Virus record (IMG/VR): IMGVR_UViG_3300028888_000073
Location: 32,001 to 96,000 of that record
Length of the DNA stretch: 64,000 nt
Origin: a virus
Lineage: Duplodnaviria > Caudoviricetes
Direction: 5' to 3' (one strand)
The notes below the pieces were generated by a model that searched no databases, was not told the DNA's origin, and saw only the letters and a list, made by a program, of their open reading frames with translations. The position numbers and the translations under genes were made by a program. Positions 47,806-57,763 of this stretch are shown here, piece after piece. Every line of letters begins with the position of its first letter. Within the stretch, counting starts at the first letter, position 1.

Positions 47806-48693
47806 TTAAAATGTAAAATTAACTGCATCATCTCTGTTAATGAAGAAGTGAATACCTCTTGCACATTCTTCAAATCTATTCTCACAGAAATTAGGTTCAG
47901 TTACGATCTGCCATTTCCGATATTTGAATTTAGAATCCCACATACTTTCAACAACCTTATCAACAGAGTTCCCGTCAAGGTCTTGAATATCTTCAACATA
48001 TGCCTTGTCAGCGCGACACTTACTCCTACCTGCATTTGACCGCCGTGCATCTTCCGGAATCCTAAGTTTTACAATATAATACTCATCATCATCACATTTA
48101 TCATGACTGATCTTAGCTTTTTTCCATCCAATAAAACTACCTGTATCCGGAACATGGCTTGAAACATTTAGATTTGTCTCAACAAAAGCGGCTCTTGTAA
48201 AATCACAATTTTCTTGACAATCTATATCAAACTCACAGTTTGAAAATGTGGAAGACTGGAATGTTGAATTATAGAGTCTGAAATATTCAAAATTCGTATA
48301 TGCACAGTTAATGTTGTTCAAATTTACAAAATCAAACCAACCACAATCAAATTGACAGTATGCAAAATTACTATTATGTAAATCAGTATACGTGAAACTA
48401 GGACTTGTAAATTTACAGTTAGTGAACATCATATAAGACATTCCACACATAATGAATTCACAAGTGTAGAACTCGATGTCCTCAAATTCACGGCTTTCAA
48501 ATACACAGCCCTTGAATGAAATATATTTAAGTTCTTCCGGAAAGACAATATCCGATGGAATGAAATAACCACAAATATAAATTAGTGAATCATTTAATGC
48601 ACCTTCATTATCTTTTATAAGATTATCAAACTCATCCTGTGTTATAGTCTTATATTTTAAGCTAGTTGTGTACTTAGCGTCATCATTGATCAT
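47806..48693 (-). CDS. Pentapeptide-repeat protein with DUF5758-like C-terminal domain
   Basis: xFxxC repeats; GSFIGWKK, IVKLRIPEDA, KCRADKA, CARGIHFF. Confidence 0.85.
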   Translation of the reverse strand: MINDDAKYTTSLKYKTITQDEFDNLIKDNEGALNDSLIYICGYFIPSDIVFPEELKYISFKGCVFESREFEDIEFYTCEFIMCGMSYMMFTNCKFTSPSFTYTDLHNSNFAYCQFDCGWFDFVNLNNINCAYTNFEYFRLYNSTFQSSTFSNCEFDIDCQENCDFTRAAFVETNLNVSSHVPDTGSFIGWKKAKISHDKCDDDEYYIVKLRIPEDARRSNAGRSKCRADKAYVEDIQDLDGNSVDKVVESMWDSKFKYRKWQIVTEPNFCENRFEECARGIHFFINRDDAVNFTF

Positions 48694-48720
48694 ATACAAT
48701 ACCTCCAATTAAAATATAGT

Positions 48721-49746
48721 TCAATATGTCGGTCTAAAAGTCGGCTCGATATCATGAATCGTATCATCATCTTTATATCTACTATTCTTCACTTCATAGC
48801 TATCCAAAATAAACGCTTTTCTGCATCTGATCTTGCCATATCCAACCATAATAATATCATCAAGACAGATTTTTGCAGTTAAGAAAACAGAACTTGCGGC
48901 AGATTCATTTCTTATCCAATAATTAGCGTGTGAGAAATGAAGTCCGCTCGCACACGGCTTATCAGATTCATCACAATCATTAACAACTGCATACTCACCA
49001 ACACAATACTTGAAATTTTTATCATAGAAAGAGGTCATGTCTTTTTGTACTTGTTTATATGCAATTACATAATACTTTCCGTCAGCTTCTTTGAACGGGA
49101 TTAGTCCAGTTTGAAGTCTAATTGATTCAAGAATATCTTTAGACATATCGGTACAGGATAGAACAACTGTTTTTTCTAGTTTTACACATCCTTTAACAAC
49201 GCCGTAAACATCAGATTGGCATATACGGATACAGTCATCACAGTTTCCATCTACCGAAGCATCTTTAATGTCAGAACGAGTAATATACGCATTTGATACA
49301 TCAGACCTAATAATATCAGATGTGTCTATCATACATGTATTTCGTAGATCACTATTACAAATAGCTGAATCTGAAATCGTACCATGACAAATAATTAATG
49401 ATTCTTTTATTGCAGTATCACCTCTAATTGATAGATATCTGTCAAGTTCTGGTGCATCTGTATTGTCAATAGTTGATGATAGTACAACTGCATTACCTAA
49501 AATTACAACTCTTCCAAGTACAACAGAATTTTTATCAATCCAACACCCTTTACCGTCACCAGAATCATGAAGAATATTACCATATTCTACATACCCACCA
49601 AGATCACCCTCATCAACAATTCCTACTCTGGTTGCAAAAGTTTTCTTTGCACGGATTCTGTATACCCGAACACCATGAATAACTTTACTGTCATCCGGAA
49701 GAATCTCATACTTGCTACCATTATAAACAGGAACATTATCACTCAT
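48721..49746 (-). CDS. Beta-helix repeat protein with a related C-terminal CxxGLHF domain
   Basis: YRIRA..GDLGGYVE...CWI; AYKQV...SFYD..FKY; CASGLHF; KIRC. Confidence 0.7.
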   Translation of the reverse strand: MSDNVPVYNGSKYEILPDDSKVIHGVRVYRIRAKKTFATRVGIVDEGDLGGYVEYGNILHDSGDGKGCWIDKNSVVLGRVVILGNAVVLSSTIDNTDAPELDRYLSIRGDTAIKESLIICHGTISDSAICNSDLRNTCMIDTSDIIRSDVSNAYITRSDIKDASVDGNCDDCIRICQSDVYGVVKGCVKLEKTVVLSCTDMSKDILESIRLQTGLIPFKEADGKYYVIAYKQVQKDMTSFYDKNFKYCVGEYAVVNDCDESDKPCASGLHFSHANYWIRNESAASSVFLTAKICLDDIIMVGYGKIRCRKAFILDSYEVKNSRYKDDDTIHDIEPTFRPTY

Positions 49747-49749
49747 AAA

Positions 49750-49911
49750 TCAATCCTCCTTATTCAAATCAACTTTCTTATCGTCATCATCATCTTTATT
49801 CTCAGGCATACTGCGTGTATTACTATCATACCTAAGTGCTACAAAAAGTGATATAGTTACTACAGCACATACAACACAAATACCAATTGCAATCAAACTA
49901 AAATCAATCAT
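49750..49911 (-). CDS. Small membrane protein
   Basis: Single TM; AGGTGG RBS. Confidence 0.6.
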   Translation of the reverse strand: MIDFSLIAIGICVVCAVVTISLFVALRYDSNTRSMPENKDDDDDKKVDLNKED

Positions 49912-49921
49912 AATAAACCAC

Positions 49922-50074
49922 CTACATATTGATATAATTATCTTGATCACGTCTATTCTTTCTACGCATATTCCATGTACATATGTTACATCGTCCGGAA
50001 GTGATTAGAAACACATATACGATCACTCCGATATTTATTCCAACATATACTAGAACTGTTTTAATGTCAAGCAT
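49922..50074 (-). CDS. Small membrane protein (50 aa, TAG stop)
   Basis: Read manually: MLDIKTVLVYVGINIGVIVYVFLI... Confidence 0.55.
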   Translation of the reverse strand: MLDIKTVLVYVGINIGVIVYVFLITSGRCNICTWNMRRKNRRDQDNYINM

Positions 50075-50082
50075 ACCGTGTA

Positions 50083-50796
50083 TTACCTTTTCATATATAA
50101 CGGTTCTTTAAGTCCTGTAGCATATTCATTGAATGAATTACAGATTTCAAGTGCTAGTGGTTTAAGTTCCGGATACCTTGAAGTTCCGACTGATTCTGCA
50201 AGATAACCAAGTTTATTTTCTTCAATGAGTAGAATTGTACAGTCAGCATAGTCATATTGAGAAAAATAAATTTTTCTATATTCATCATATTCCCACTTTA
50301 CTACAAAATATTTATCTTTATATGTAACACGTACACCAACACTTAGAAGATTGTTTGCATCAAATTCGTACTTGAATTCAACCAAAGATGCATCAAATTC
50401 TACATCTCCGTTTTTATACTTCGGGATCATTCCAAATTCATACAACATTTCAGGATATTTTAACGCCGCAGACTTAACTGCATGTGAAACAATATTACAG
50501 AATTGGCTATCAACAATTCGTAAATATTTAGGTTTCTTACTGCACTCGGACTGTTCTACAAGTGGCGTGATCTTCAAATCCCATTCATTGATATATTCCG
50601 GTGTAACTTCCAATATCATGTCAATGCATTGATGAAAATCGTTTTCGCAACAAACGAAAAATCTAGCTTTACCACCCACATAACCAACGAAAATACCATT
50701 AACACCTTCTTGAATAATCCTATCTTTGATAATCTCTCCGCGACAACGCTTATCTGTTTTTATGTAATAGGCATTACCGATCTTATAATCATTCAT
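50083..50796 (-). CDS. Hypothetical protein
   Basis: GAGGTG RBS. Confidence 0.65.
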   Translation of the reverse strand: MNDYKIGNAYYIKTDKRCRGEIIKDRIIQEGVNGIFVGYVGGKARFFVCCENDFHQCIDMILEVTPEYINEWDLKITPLVEQSECSKKPKYLRIVDSQFCNIVSHAVKSAALKYPEMLYEFGMIPKYKNGDVEFDASLVEFKYEFDANNLLSVGVRVTYKDKYFVVKWEYDEYRKIYFSQYDYADCTILLIEENKLGYLAESVGTSRYPELKPLALEICNSFNEYATGLKEPLYMKR

Positions 50797-50805
50797 ATAA
50801 ACACC

Positions 50806-51270
50806 TCACTCATTATTACATTTGATTTCTGTTTTCTGGACTATTACAAAACAAAGTAAATTAACAATCTCACGATCTTTGTCAACTGCCAGACATGGTT
50901 TCAACACATAGTTGTCTAATTCACTTATACTGTAATATAAATCTGAATACCATGTATGTACTGGATAGAATGAGCACTGATCATATGCATTACCACCGGG
51001 AAAATCACTCATTGAAATCTTAGTAACAATTCCAAGCCAGTGGTGCGGTTGTGCCATAGCATCTATACGTGTATAGCTATTATGCGGCATGTCATGTGCC
51101 AAGATGATTGGATACCCAGTGCTTTTCAATGTAGTGTTTAATAAAGATTCAGGATCATTGAACTGATCTACATACCATTTGAAAAACTTCTCTCGCAGTT
51201 CCGGAGACATTTCAAGATGAATATTTTCAAGAGTGTTTAATCCGTTGTGGTTTATTGAACACATAGACAA
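50806..51270 (-). CDS. Hypothetical protein
   Basis: GGAG RBS. Confidence 0.6.
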   Translation of the reverse strand: MSMCSINHNGLNTLENIHLEMSPELREKFFKWYVDQFNDPESLLNTTLKSTGYPIILAHDMPHNSYTRIDAMAQPHHWLGIVTKISMSDFPGGNAYDQCSFYPVHTWYSDLYYSISELDNYVLKPCLAVDKDREIVNLLCFVIVQKTEIKCNNE

Positions 51271-51443
51271 CCGCTCCCACCGAAATCTGCAATAATGTAA
51301 AATTCATCATAGTAGTCTGTCCTGTATACAGTACCGTAGTCATATCCTGTCTTGTCATTATTAGTTTTGACAATAGAGATTTCGGCATCTCCGTATTTAT
51401 CAAGATAGTATTCAAGTTCATCACGCAACTCTGAAACAGTCAT
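51252..51443 (-). CDS. Hypothetical protein (MTVSEL...YGD)
   Basis: GGAG RBS. Confidence 0.6.
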   Translation of the reverse strand: MTVSELRDELEYYLDKYGDAEISIVKTNNDKTGYDYGTVYRTDYYDEFYIIADFGGSGCLCVQ

Positions 51444-51466
51444 TTACTCATCTCCCGCATATAACA

Positions 51467-51709
51467 TTAGGTACAATGATTCTTTATGCACTCAATACAG
51501 TCAAGACAGCATCCGTCATCATCCCATTCCATTAAACTCTGAATGCAAAGATTTGAATCATTACATTCTTCTTTGTACCATTTTGCAATAGCTATCAGTG
51601 CGTCACATTCTCCATGTTTATATCCTTTTTTGTATTCAGTTGTTGCAAACTTTTCTAAGAACGCTAGCACATCATCTTTACAAGTATCCATAATAGTATT
51701 TCCTTTCAT
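51467..51709 (-). CDS. Hypothetical protein
   Basis: ORF in operon. Confidence 0.55.
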   Translation of the reverse strand: MKGNTIMDTCKDDVLAFLEKFATTEYKKGYKHGECDALIAIAKWYKEECNDSNLCIQSLMEWDDDGCCLDCIECIKNHCT

Positions 51710-51897
51710 TCAGTGTCATCATACTGTCTTTCGCAGTGTGCCGTTACCCAACAAGTAGTAAGACCGCAACCGTTCCCGTTAATGTTTTCAGGACATCCAG
51801 AACAGTTGTGCTCATTGTCAGTATTATACATGAAGTCAATGTACTTGTTTCTGTATTCAGCGTATTCCTCATTTGTCATATCATGAACACTTTTCAT
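51706..51897 (-). CDS. Small Cys-rich early protein
   Basis: GGAGG RBS after a promoter; NCSGCPEN. Confidence 0.65.
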   Translation of the reverse strand: MKSVHDMTNEEYAEYRNKYIDFMYNTDNEHNCSGCPENINGNGCGLTTCWVTAHCERQYDDTE

Positions 51898-51950
51898 TTA
51901 ATCTTCCTCCATATACATCATAGCACATATAACACGTTCTTTACAAATAT

Positions 51951-51979
51951 AGTATAGCATATTCATTGAAAAATGTCAA
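51951..51979 (-). promoter_or_regulatory. sigma-A-type promoter
   Basis: TTGACA-17-TATACT. Confidence 0.85.
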
Positions 51980-52056
51980 GTAGTTTCTTGAAAATAAAAA
52001 GAAAAACCTTACCCAAATATGAGTAAGGTTTTTGTATATATTGCATAAGTAATAAA

Positions 52057-52707
52057 TCAGCATTCAAATTCATCAAGGTCAGTTGCTTCTAGTGCGTTGT
52101 ACTGATCAAGCAAGTCTTTTCTCCATGTTCCCTTTTTAATTACCTTATCACAAATACCATATTTCTTACACTCTTTCGCAGTAAGATAAACATCTTCACC
52201 GCTATTGATAGCCTTAATAACAGACTTCGGTAGCGTCGTATTCTTCTTGATGTATTTAATGACACGCTCATTCATTATGTCAAATCTAGTTGCATCTGTC
52301 TTAATATCATTCAGTTTTCCGAATGATCCGGCAGATAGTTGATGTAGCATAATCTGTGAGTGCTTATACATATATCTGATATGACCGGACATAAAGATTA
52401 CAGCGGCGGCAGACATACAATAACCAGAACAGTATGTAATGATTGGTGTAACACTTGCTTCGATGATATCAACCAATGACCACATATCAACAATAACTCC
52501 GCCAAAGGATTGAATGTGAAGTTGAATCGGTTTGATTTCATAACTTCTAAACTTTTCAAGACATTGACGGTCAAACTCATTAATCTGTAAAATCTGTTTA
52601 CAGACATCTGAGATATTGTTACCCTCTACGTCACCGGAAAGATACAGAATACGATCTCCGGTTGCAGATGTGTCAGAACCATTCCCAAGTAATAATTCCA
52701 TGCTCAT
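52057..52707 (-). CDS. clpP: ClpP-like serine protease
   Basis: LHIQSFGG, CMSAA (catalytic Ser), IMLHQ, DVYLTAKECKKYGICD. Confidence 0.88.
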   Translation of the reverse strand: MSMELLLGNGSDTSATGDRILYLSGDVEGNNISDVCKQILQINEFDRQCLEKFRSYEIKPIQLHIQSFGGVIVDMWSLVDIIEASVTPIITYCSGYCMSAAAVIFMSGHIRYMYKHSQIMLHQLSAGSFGKLNDIKTDATRFDIMNERVIKYIKKNTTLPKSVIKAINSGEDVYLTAKECKKYGICDKVIKKGTWRKDLLDQYNALEATDLDEFEC

Positions 52708-52726
52708 AGTATTTGCCCTCCATTAG

Positions 52727-52984
52727 TTAGAATATTTTTTCAACTGTTTCCGGTATTACTACAGAAACAACATTTGAATTTGTAAATGTTGTTGACTCTA
52801 ATACCGTAACAGGCTGTAAACCTGATTCAATCCTAAGTGCTGTAGGAACTTTAGTGTTTATCTTTTTACCGACATATTTATATACACTAACAGATAGTAA
52901 ATCTTCACTACCATACCATAAATAGTCAATTGGAGTAGATAGAAAGTTATAATATCTTCTAATTAGTTCTATTCTAGGATTCAT
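52727..52984 (-). CDS. BspA/TpLRR N-cap plus a single repeat
   Basis: YVG...VP...G.QPVTVLESTTF...SVVIPETVEKI. Confidence 0.6.
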   Translation of the reverse strand: MNPRIELIRRYYNFLSTPIDYLWYGSEDLLSVSVYKYVGKKINTKVPTALRIESGLQPVTVLESTTFTNSNVVSVVIPETVEKIF

Positions 52985-52987
52985 ATA

Positions 52988-54172
52988 TTATTCACCGCCT
53001 AGTGACAATGCATACCCCGCAACAATAGCACATACAGAAAATCCATCATGGAAAAATAGAATATGGATAATATTCTTATCTGAAATATCATAATCCGGAT
53101 TAAGAATATTTATTTTTGTACTTCCGCTTGCAGTGAAGTTTGTACAAAGTGCGGTTGCAGAATCTACAGTGCTATCCTTAATCATCTTAACTAATGAATG
53201 ATATCCACTACCACTTTGATCAAGATTAACCGGAGTGCTTGCAACTGCGCCGCTAGCATCAATACAATGTGTTTTAGTTATATCAGTTATAGTAATGGAT
53301 GATATCGGTGTAGTCTTACTGATTATTGTTTCAGCACCATTAGGGAATAACACAGATGCAGTATATGTAGATGTTGAAACATTAAGATCATAATTGATCG
53401 TATCTAGCGGAACACCTAGCGGAGATACAAAATTACCAGAACCATATAAACCGAAATTTCCTGCCATATTGATTCCATTATTATATGTCTTAAATGCATC
53501 AGATTGCGTTGTAACGCCACCTGATTCCTGCCCGTTACCTATGACCACTACAGCATCAGTCGGGCTTGTGGGTGAAGCAGGTACGCTCGTAGCGTTGTTT
53601 TCACCGAGTATTCCAGATGCAGTATACTTATTATTTCTTACTACAATAGTTCTGTTATCTTCACTATTTACAGTAGACCATACATTGTTATTACTTACAA
53701 TTGTAGTTCCGTCAGGTTGAATATTTACTTTTAGTTTTCCATCATCAATTATGATTGTATTTCCATCAGGCGGAATAGCTTCTTGTCCACCGTTTCCACC
53801 ACACGTAACAAATGAATTACTTGATACATCATAACATACAATACTATATGAATTAATCCATGAACCTTCTTTTCTATTTTTATAAATGTATAACTTATTA
53901 GGAACTTTGAACTTTTCCGGAATTGTGAAACCGGGATCAGAAATATCATAATCATTTCCTAGTTCAGAAGTAATGTCAAGAAGATCAGTAACTTTACCGT
54001 CACCCATATACATAGAAATAAGTTTAGATTGTTCATATGTTTGTTCTTTAACAAAATATATATTATTTGATACGTGAGACATATCATCATATGTACTGCG
54101 GTCAGTTAGAAAAATAGATGATTGTACATCATCATTCGCATCAACTGTATTCGTGATAAGTTCATCAGACAT
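52988..54172 (-). CDS. Probable structural (fibre-like) protein
   Basis: PDGNTI/PDGTTI repeats, VIGNG...SDAF; Ser/Thr/Gly rich. Confidence 0.55.
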   Translation of the reverse strand: MSDELITNTVDANDDVQSSIFLTDRSTYDDMSHVSNNIYFVKEQTYEQSKLISMYMGDGKVTDLLDITSELGNDYDISDPGFTIPEKFKVPNKLYIYKNRKEGSWINSYSIVCYDVSSNSFVTCGGNGGQEAIPPDGNTIIIDDGKLKVNIQPDGTTIVSNNNVWSTVNSEDNRTIVVRNNKYTASGILGENNATSVPASPTSPTDAVVVIGNGQESGGVTTQSDAFKTYNNGINMAGNFGLYGSGNFVSPLGVPLDTINYDLNVSTSTYTASVLFPNGAETIISKTTPISSITITDITKTHCIDASGAVASTPVNLDQSGSGYHSLVKMIKDSTVDSATALCTNFTASGSTKINILNPDYDISDKNIIHILFFHDGFSVCAIVAGYALSLGGE

Positions 54173-54269
54173 AGTTTTCAACTCCCTCGCTATAAACAAA
54201 AAATCTACTGAAACTATATACTATATTGTATCGGTATCAGTAGATTTTTAATTTATTATATTGTAAGTT

Positions 54270-54698
54270 TTATATTTCATAAGAGATCGACATGCACTTC
54301 CAACCTAACACACCTAGTACAATCATGCCGATTATGGAAAATATTCCTGTCGGAAGTGCGTATGTATCTTGTACAAACTCTGCTCCTAACTCTTTTTCCA
54401 TACTATCTAACCATAATATAGCACCAACATAAACAACAAATATCGCGCAGAAAAACAGTATTGATAGTACAAACATGAATGCCTGTAGAAACTTTCCTTT
54501 TTTAGTTAATCTAGTATTCATGTCCATAAAGAATTTACAGTTGCAGTCGTTGCAAGTATATAGAGATTTCGTCAAATGTCTTTCAACATTTGTACTATAA
54601 CATTCCGGGCACACAGCAACGATATTTGAAATAGGTTCAACATACGACTGTCCATGCTTATAAACATCATACTTAGGTACGGTTTCACGAAGTTTCAT
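54270..54698 (-). CDS. Zn-ribbon membrane protein
   Basis: CPEC...CNDC plus two TM helices. Confidence 0.7.
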   Translation of the reverse strand: MKLRETVPKYDVYKHGQSYVEPISNIVAVCPECYSTNVERHLTKSLYTCNDCNCKFFMDMNTRLTKKGKFLQAFMFVLSILFFCAIFVVYVGAILWLDSMEKELGAEFVQDTYALPTGIFSIIGMIVLGVLGWKCMSISYEI

Positions 54699-54716
54699 TT
54701 GTAATTAACACCTCTT

Positions 54717-55019
54717 TTAACCTACAGGCGGATTTGGAAGCGGCATCCAGTGTGTAACATCTTTCATAGCGGGATAGAATTCACCATCACTAAATTCCCA
54801 ACAAAGACCGTCACCTTGTATATGTGCTACCTGAATAGGATTATCTTCCCACCGAGCATAATAAATCAAAACATTTTTATATACTTCCGGAATACGCTCA
54901 CTGCACGGAATCCAATTACCACTAATTGATTTATCTGGTTTCCAATAACCGCAATTAACTTCTCCAACAGGCGGCATAAACCTACAAACTTCCCTCGCAC
55001 AATTCTCACAGTTTTTCAT
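54717..55019 (-). CDS. DUF551-like protein
   Basis: WIPCSERIPE...VTHWMPLP. Confidence 0.8.
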   Translation of the reverse strand: MKNCENCAREVCRFMPPVGEVNCGYWKPDKSISGNWIPCSERIPEVYKNVLIYYARWEDNPIQVAHIQGDGLCWEFSDGEFYPAMKDVTHWMPLPNPPVG

Positions 55020-55113
55020 TCAGATCATCCCGTTCATATAGTTCATCAATACTGCTAAACATTGCATCACGGAATACAATGTCTCTATGATCCATTATAT
55101 CAGTTTCCTCACT

Positions 55114-55407
55114 TCAAAGGTCTTCACATTTAATCATCAATTCGTTAATACATTCATTAATATATGCTCGATCATCGTATGTAAGATTTCCGTCACGCAC
55201 AGTTATACGACACCTAATCTCACATATAAGTCCAATGGCACATCGTAAGCATTTTTCCAAATTATCTTTACAGTGAAGAATTGTAGGTTGCTGATCAATC
55301 ATTTCCATAACCTTACAACCATCCTAATAACTAATTGTAGGCTTTCCGTATTGGTTACACTCTGCCTTTATTTCAGCCTTAAATTTATCTGCATCAATTG
55401 GACGCAT
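55114..55407 (-). pseudogene. MRxIDAD...IDQQPT family gene interrupted by an in-frame TAG (55324-55326)
   Basis: MRPIDADKFK...ISY*DGCKVMEMIDQQPT continuous frame; GGAGTG RBS. Confidence 0.6.
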
Positions 55408-55430
55408 AATTAATCACTCCTTATAACATA

Positions 55431-56264
55431 TCACACAATGGTTTTTGAAAAGTTTATTTTTTTTTTACAATATGCTTCTTTTATTGCAAGACTATAGATC
55501 GGCATCTCTTTTATGAATTTTTTAATAGCCGCATCCTTACGTTGTTCAAGTCTTTCAATTGACGGATCATGTCTTTTATCGGTGACGTTATACGCATAGA
55601 ATGGATCGTTTTCAATAAACTTATCAAACTGTTCAACTAACCAATAATCAATATATTCACCCTCAACACATGCAATATCACCAACAAGGCGAACTTTAGG
55701 ATACATACAATCAGATAGATCGGTTGTTACATAACAATATTTAGAATCGTAGTTGTATTTTCCAGTTATCATAAATTCAATTGAATCTCTAACAACTCTA
55801 CGTGACCTTAGTTCCTCAAGTGTATCATTAAACTCCTTGCTTGTATATGGATAATCATAATATACCATAGATGCAATTACATTACAATAAAGTTTAGCAT
55901 CCGGATTTGTTGGATGTGGTTTAGGAATATACTGCTTCATAAGGTCTGCAAGTTCATCAAATTTCTTTTGGTATAACAGTCTTTGAACATCAGGTATCAT
56001 ATCACGAACATTTTCATCACAGTTAGCACGGGCAACTACTTTAATAATATGTGCTCTCTTTCTATGCTTACTGATACTATCAAAGAATCTTTGAAGAAAT
56101 CTCTCATTATCAAATACGATCTTCCTAGAACCGTACTTACCAAATGAATACACTGCTTCATATGATCCTGCATTAGCGCACACTCCGCCGCTACTCTGTT
56201 TGAAACTGTGCAGAGGATATCCGGGAATTTCCTTGAACTTTTCTTCCCACTCTTTAGCTGTCAT
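55431..56264 (-). CDS. Hypothetical protein
   Basis: AGGTG RBS. Confidence 0.65.
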   Translation of the reverse strand: MTAKEWEEKFKEIPGYPLHSFKQSSGGVCANAGSYEAVYSFGKYGSRKIVFDNERFLQRFFDSISKHRKRAHIIKVVARANCDENVRDMIPDVQRLLYQKKFDELADLMKQYIPKPHPTNPDAKLYCNVIASMVYYDYPYTSKEFNDTLEELRSRRVVRDSIEFMITGKYNYDSKYCYVTTDLSDCMYPKVRLVGDIACVEGEYIDYWLVEQFDKFIENDPFYAYNVTDKRHDPSIERLEQRKDAAIKKFIKEMPIYSLAIKEAYCKKKINFSKTIV

Positions 56265-56508
56265 CTTTACACCTATCCTTAATCACATCAAGTTTAATAG
56301 TGTCCGAATCCGCTTTAGACACATGTGACGATGGAATAACACTTGAAATACTGTGATTAATTAAATCGGATACTGTGACATCATCAAATTTACTAATATC
56401 ACAATATTGAATTGCATCCGGCTTACGTGGTATCTCAAAATGAATATTTTTCGCAAGTTCAATAAGTTCATCACAAATGGAACTCATCGTATCAGTTTCG
56501 TTAATCAT
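56254..56508 (-). CDS. Hypothetical protein
   Basis: AGGAG RBS. Confidence 0.55.
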   Translation of the reverse strand: MINETDTMSSICDELIELAKNIHFEIPRKPDAIQYCDISKFDDVTVSDLINHSISSVIPSSHVSKADSDTIKLDVIKDRCKDDS

Positions 56509-56510
56509 AC

Positions 56511-56822
56511 TTAATTACTCCTTTCATGCTCGATCATAAGAGATTCATAATCCATATCAAGAGTATCATCAGATTCCGGAATAAGTCTGTGAATTGTATA
56601 CCTATGAATGTGCTCTATCTTAATCGTGCCTTGCCGTCCATCTCTAGTATTTACAAACATAGTCGTACCGTCATCTGAATAATCATGCACACATCCATAT
56701 ACTGTGGTAACTTCATCTGGATTCTTTACATCGAATCTTATGAACGTGCCGCGAGGTGCCCAACTCTCATCGAAGTATTTAACGGTTACAGTCTTTTCTT
56801 TTGTGATCGGCATTATAAACAA
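56511..56822 (-). CDS. Hypothetical early protein
   Basis: Downstream of a promoter. Confidence 0.6.
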   Translation of the reverse strand: MFIMPITKEKTVTVKYFDESWAPRGTFIRFDVKNPDEVTTVYGCVHDYSDDGTTMFVNTRDGRQGTIKIEHIHRYTIHRLIPESDDTLDMDYESLMIEHERSN

Positions 56823-56838
56823 CTCACTTCATAAACAT

Positions 56839-56867
56839 AGTATAACACATTTCATAATGTTTGTCAA
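56839..56867 (-). promoter_or_regulatory. sigma-A-type promoter
   Basis: TTGACA-17-TATACT. Confidence 0.85.
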
Positions 56868-56901
56868 TAGGTTTTTGAAAATTTCAAAGTGTAAACTTTT
56901 A

Positions 56902-57738
56902 TTACTCAAATACAATTCTCTGGTTGACGTATTCACGATCCTGAGTAAAGATTGGAATTTCTGTATCAATCTTAAAACCTCTAGCATCTTCAACATCAAG
57001 CGGCTTTACAGAACAAGAACCTCTCTTTACAACAGTCGGAAGATCATTCCAGTTAATACCTTTATCAGTAAACAGCATATCCTCTGCTTCTTTATACTTC
57101 ACACCATTGAGTGCGCTCTGAGAATAATACTGCTGTGCAAGTGTCATTACAGAGTTCTTAGTTGCGTCCTGCTGTCTCCAAACGAAATAGTTATTGACTT
57201 CCTCTTTTGGGATTGAAAACGCTCTAGCATCAAAGAATGCGCCGCCCATAAGTTTCCGGTAAATCTTTTCTGACTTGTTGATCGCCTGTTCCTCTGTAAG
57301 TGACTGAGACTCTACGTTGTAATCCGGAATGTTATTATACTTTTCAAGTCTCTCTGTAAGCATTGCATAGAAGTCTCTCATAGAATCCAGAAACTTAAAT
57401 GTCGCCATTGCCGCAGAAACAGAAACCATCTTCTGAATATTATAATCAAACCATGCGGCAGTATCAAGTTTCTGATAGTCACACAGAAGTAAAGAAATTT
57501 CATCAGACTGAGTATAACCAAGAACACAACCCTGAATATTATTACAGAGATAATTCATAGTTTCCTGCATTGATCGAACAATACACTTATCAAACGGTTT
57601 ATCAAAACCTCTTGTAAATGTGTGAAACGCCTTACCGTCAAGTCTAATGATGACGGGAGTTCTTCTTGTAAGTTTATTGCGAGTAATATTCTCATAATAC
57701 TCTTTCATACGATCACCGAGCGTGATATTAGTTGACAT
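56902..57738 (-). CDS. tRNA(His) guanylyltransferase Thg1-like protein
   Basis: LGDRMKEY, RLDGKAFHTFT, YTQSDEIS, FDAR, WRQQDA.KNS. Confidence 0.92.
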   Translation of the reverse strand: MSTNITLGDRMKEYYENITRNKLTRRTPVIIRLDGKAFHTFTRGFDKPFDKCIVRSMQETMNYLCNNIQGCVLGYTQSDEISLLLCDYQKLDTAAWFDYNIQKMVSVSAAMATFKFLDSMRDFYAMLTERLEKYNNIPDYNVESQSLTEEQAINKSEKIYRKLMGGAFFDARAFSIPKEEVNNYFVWRQQDATKNSVMTLAQQYYSQSALNGVKYKEAEDMLFTDKGINWNDLPTVVKRGSCSVKPLDVEDARGFKIDTEIPIFTQDREYVNQRIVFE

Positions 57739-57763
57739 ATACAAACATCTCCTTTATATTTAA

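Noticed and set aside
50041-50075. TTGACA as another early promoter
   Set aside because: There is no TATACT at 17 bp; the hexamer lies in the first codons (ATG CTT GAC) of a small membrane ORF.
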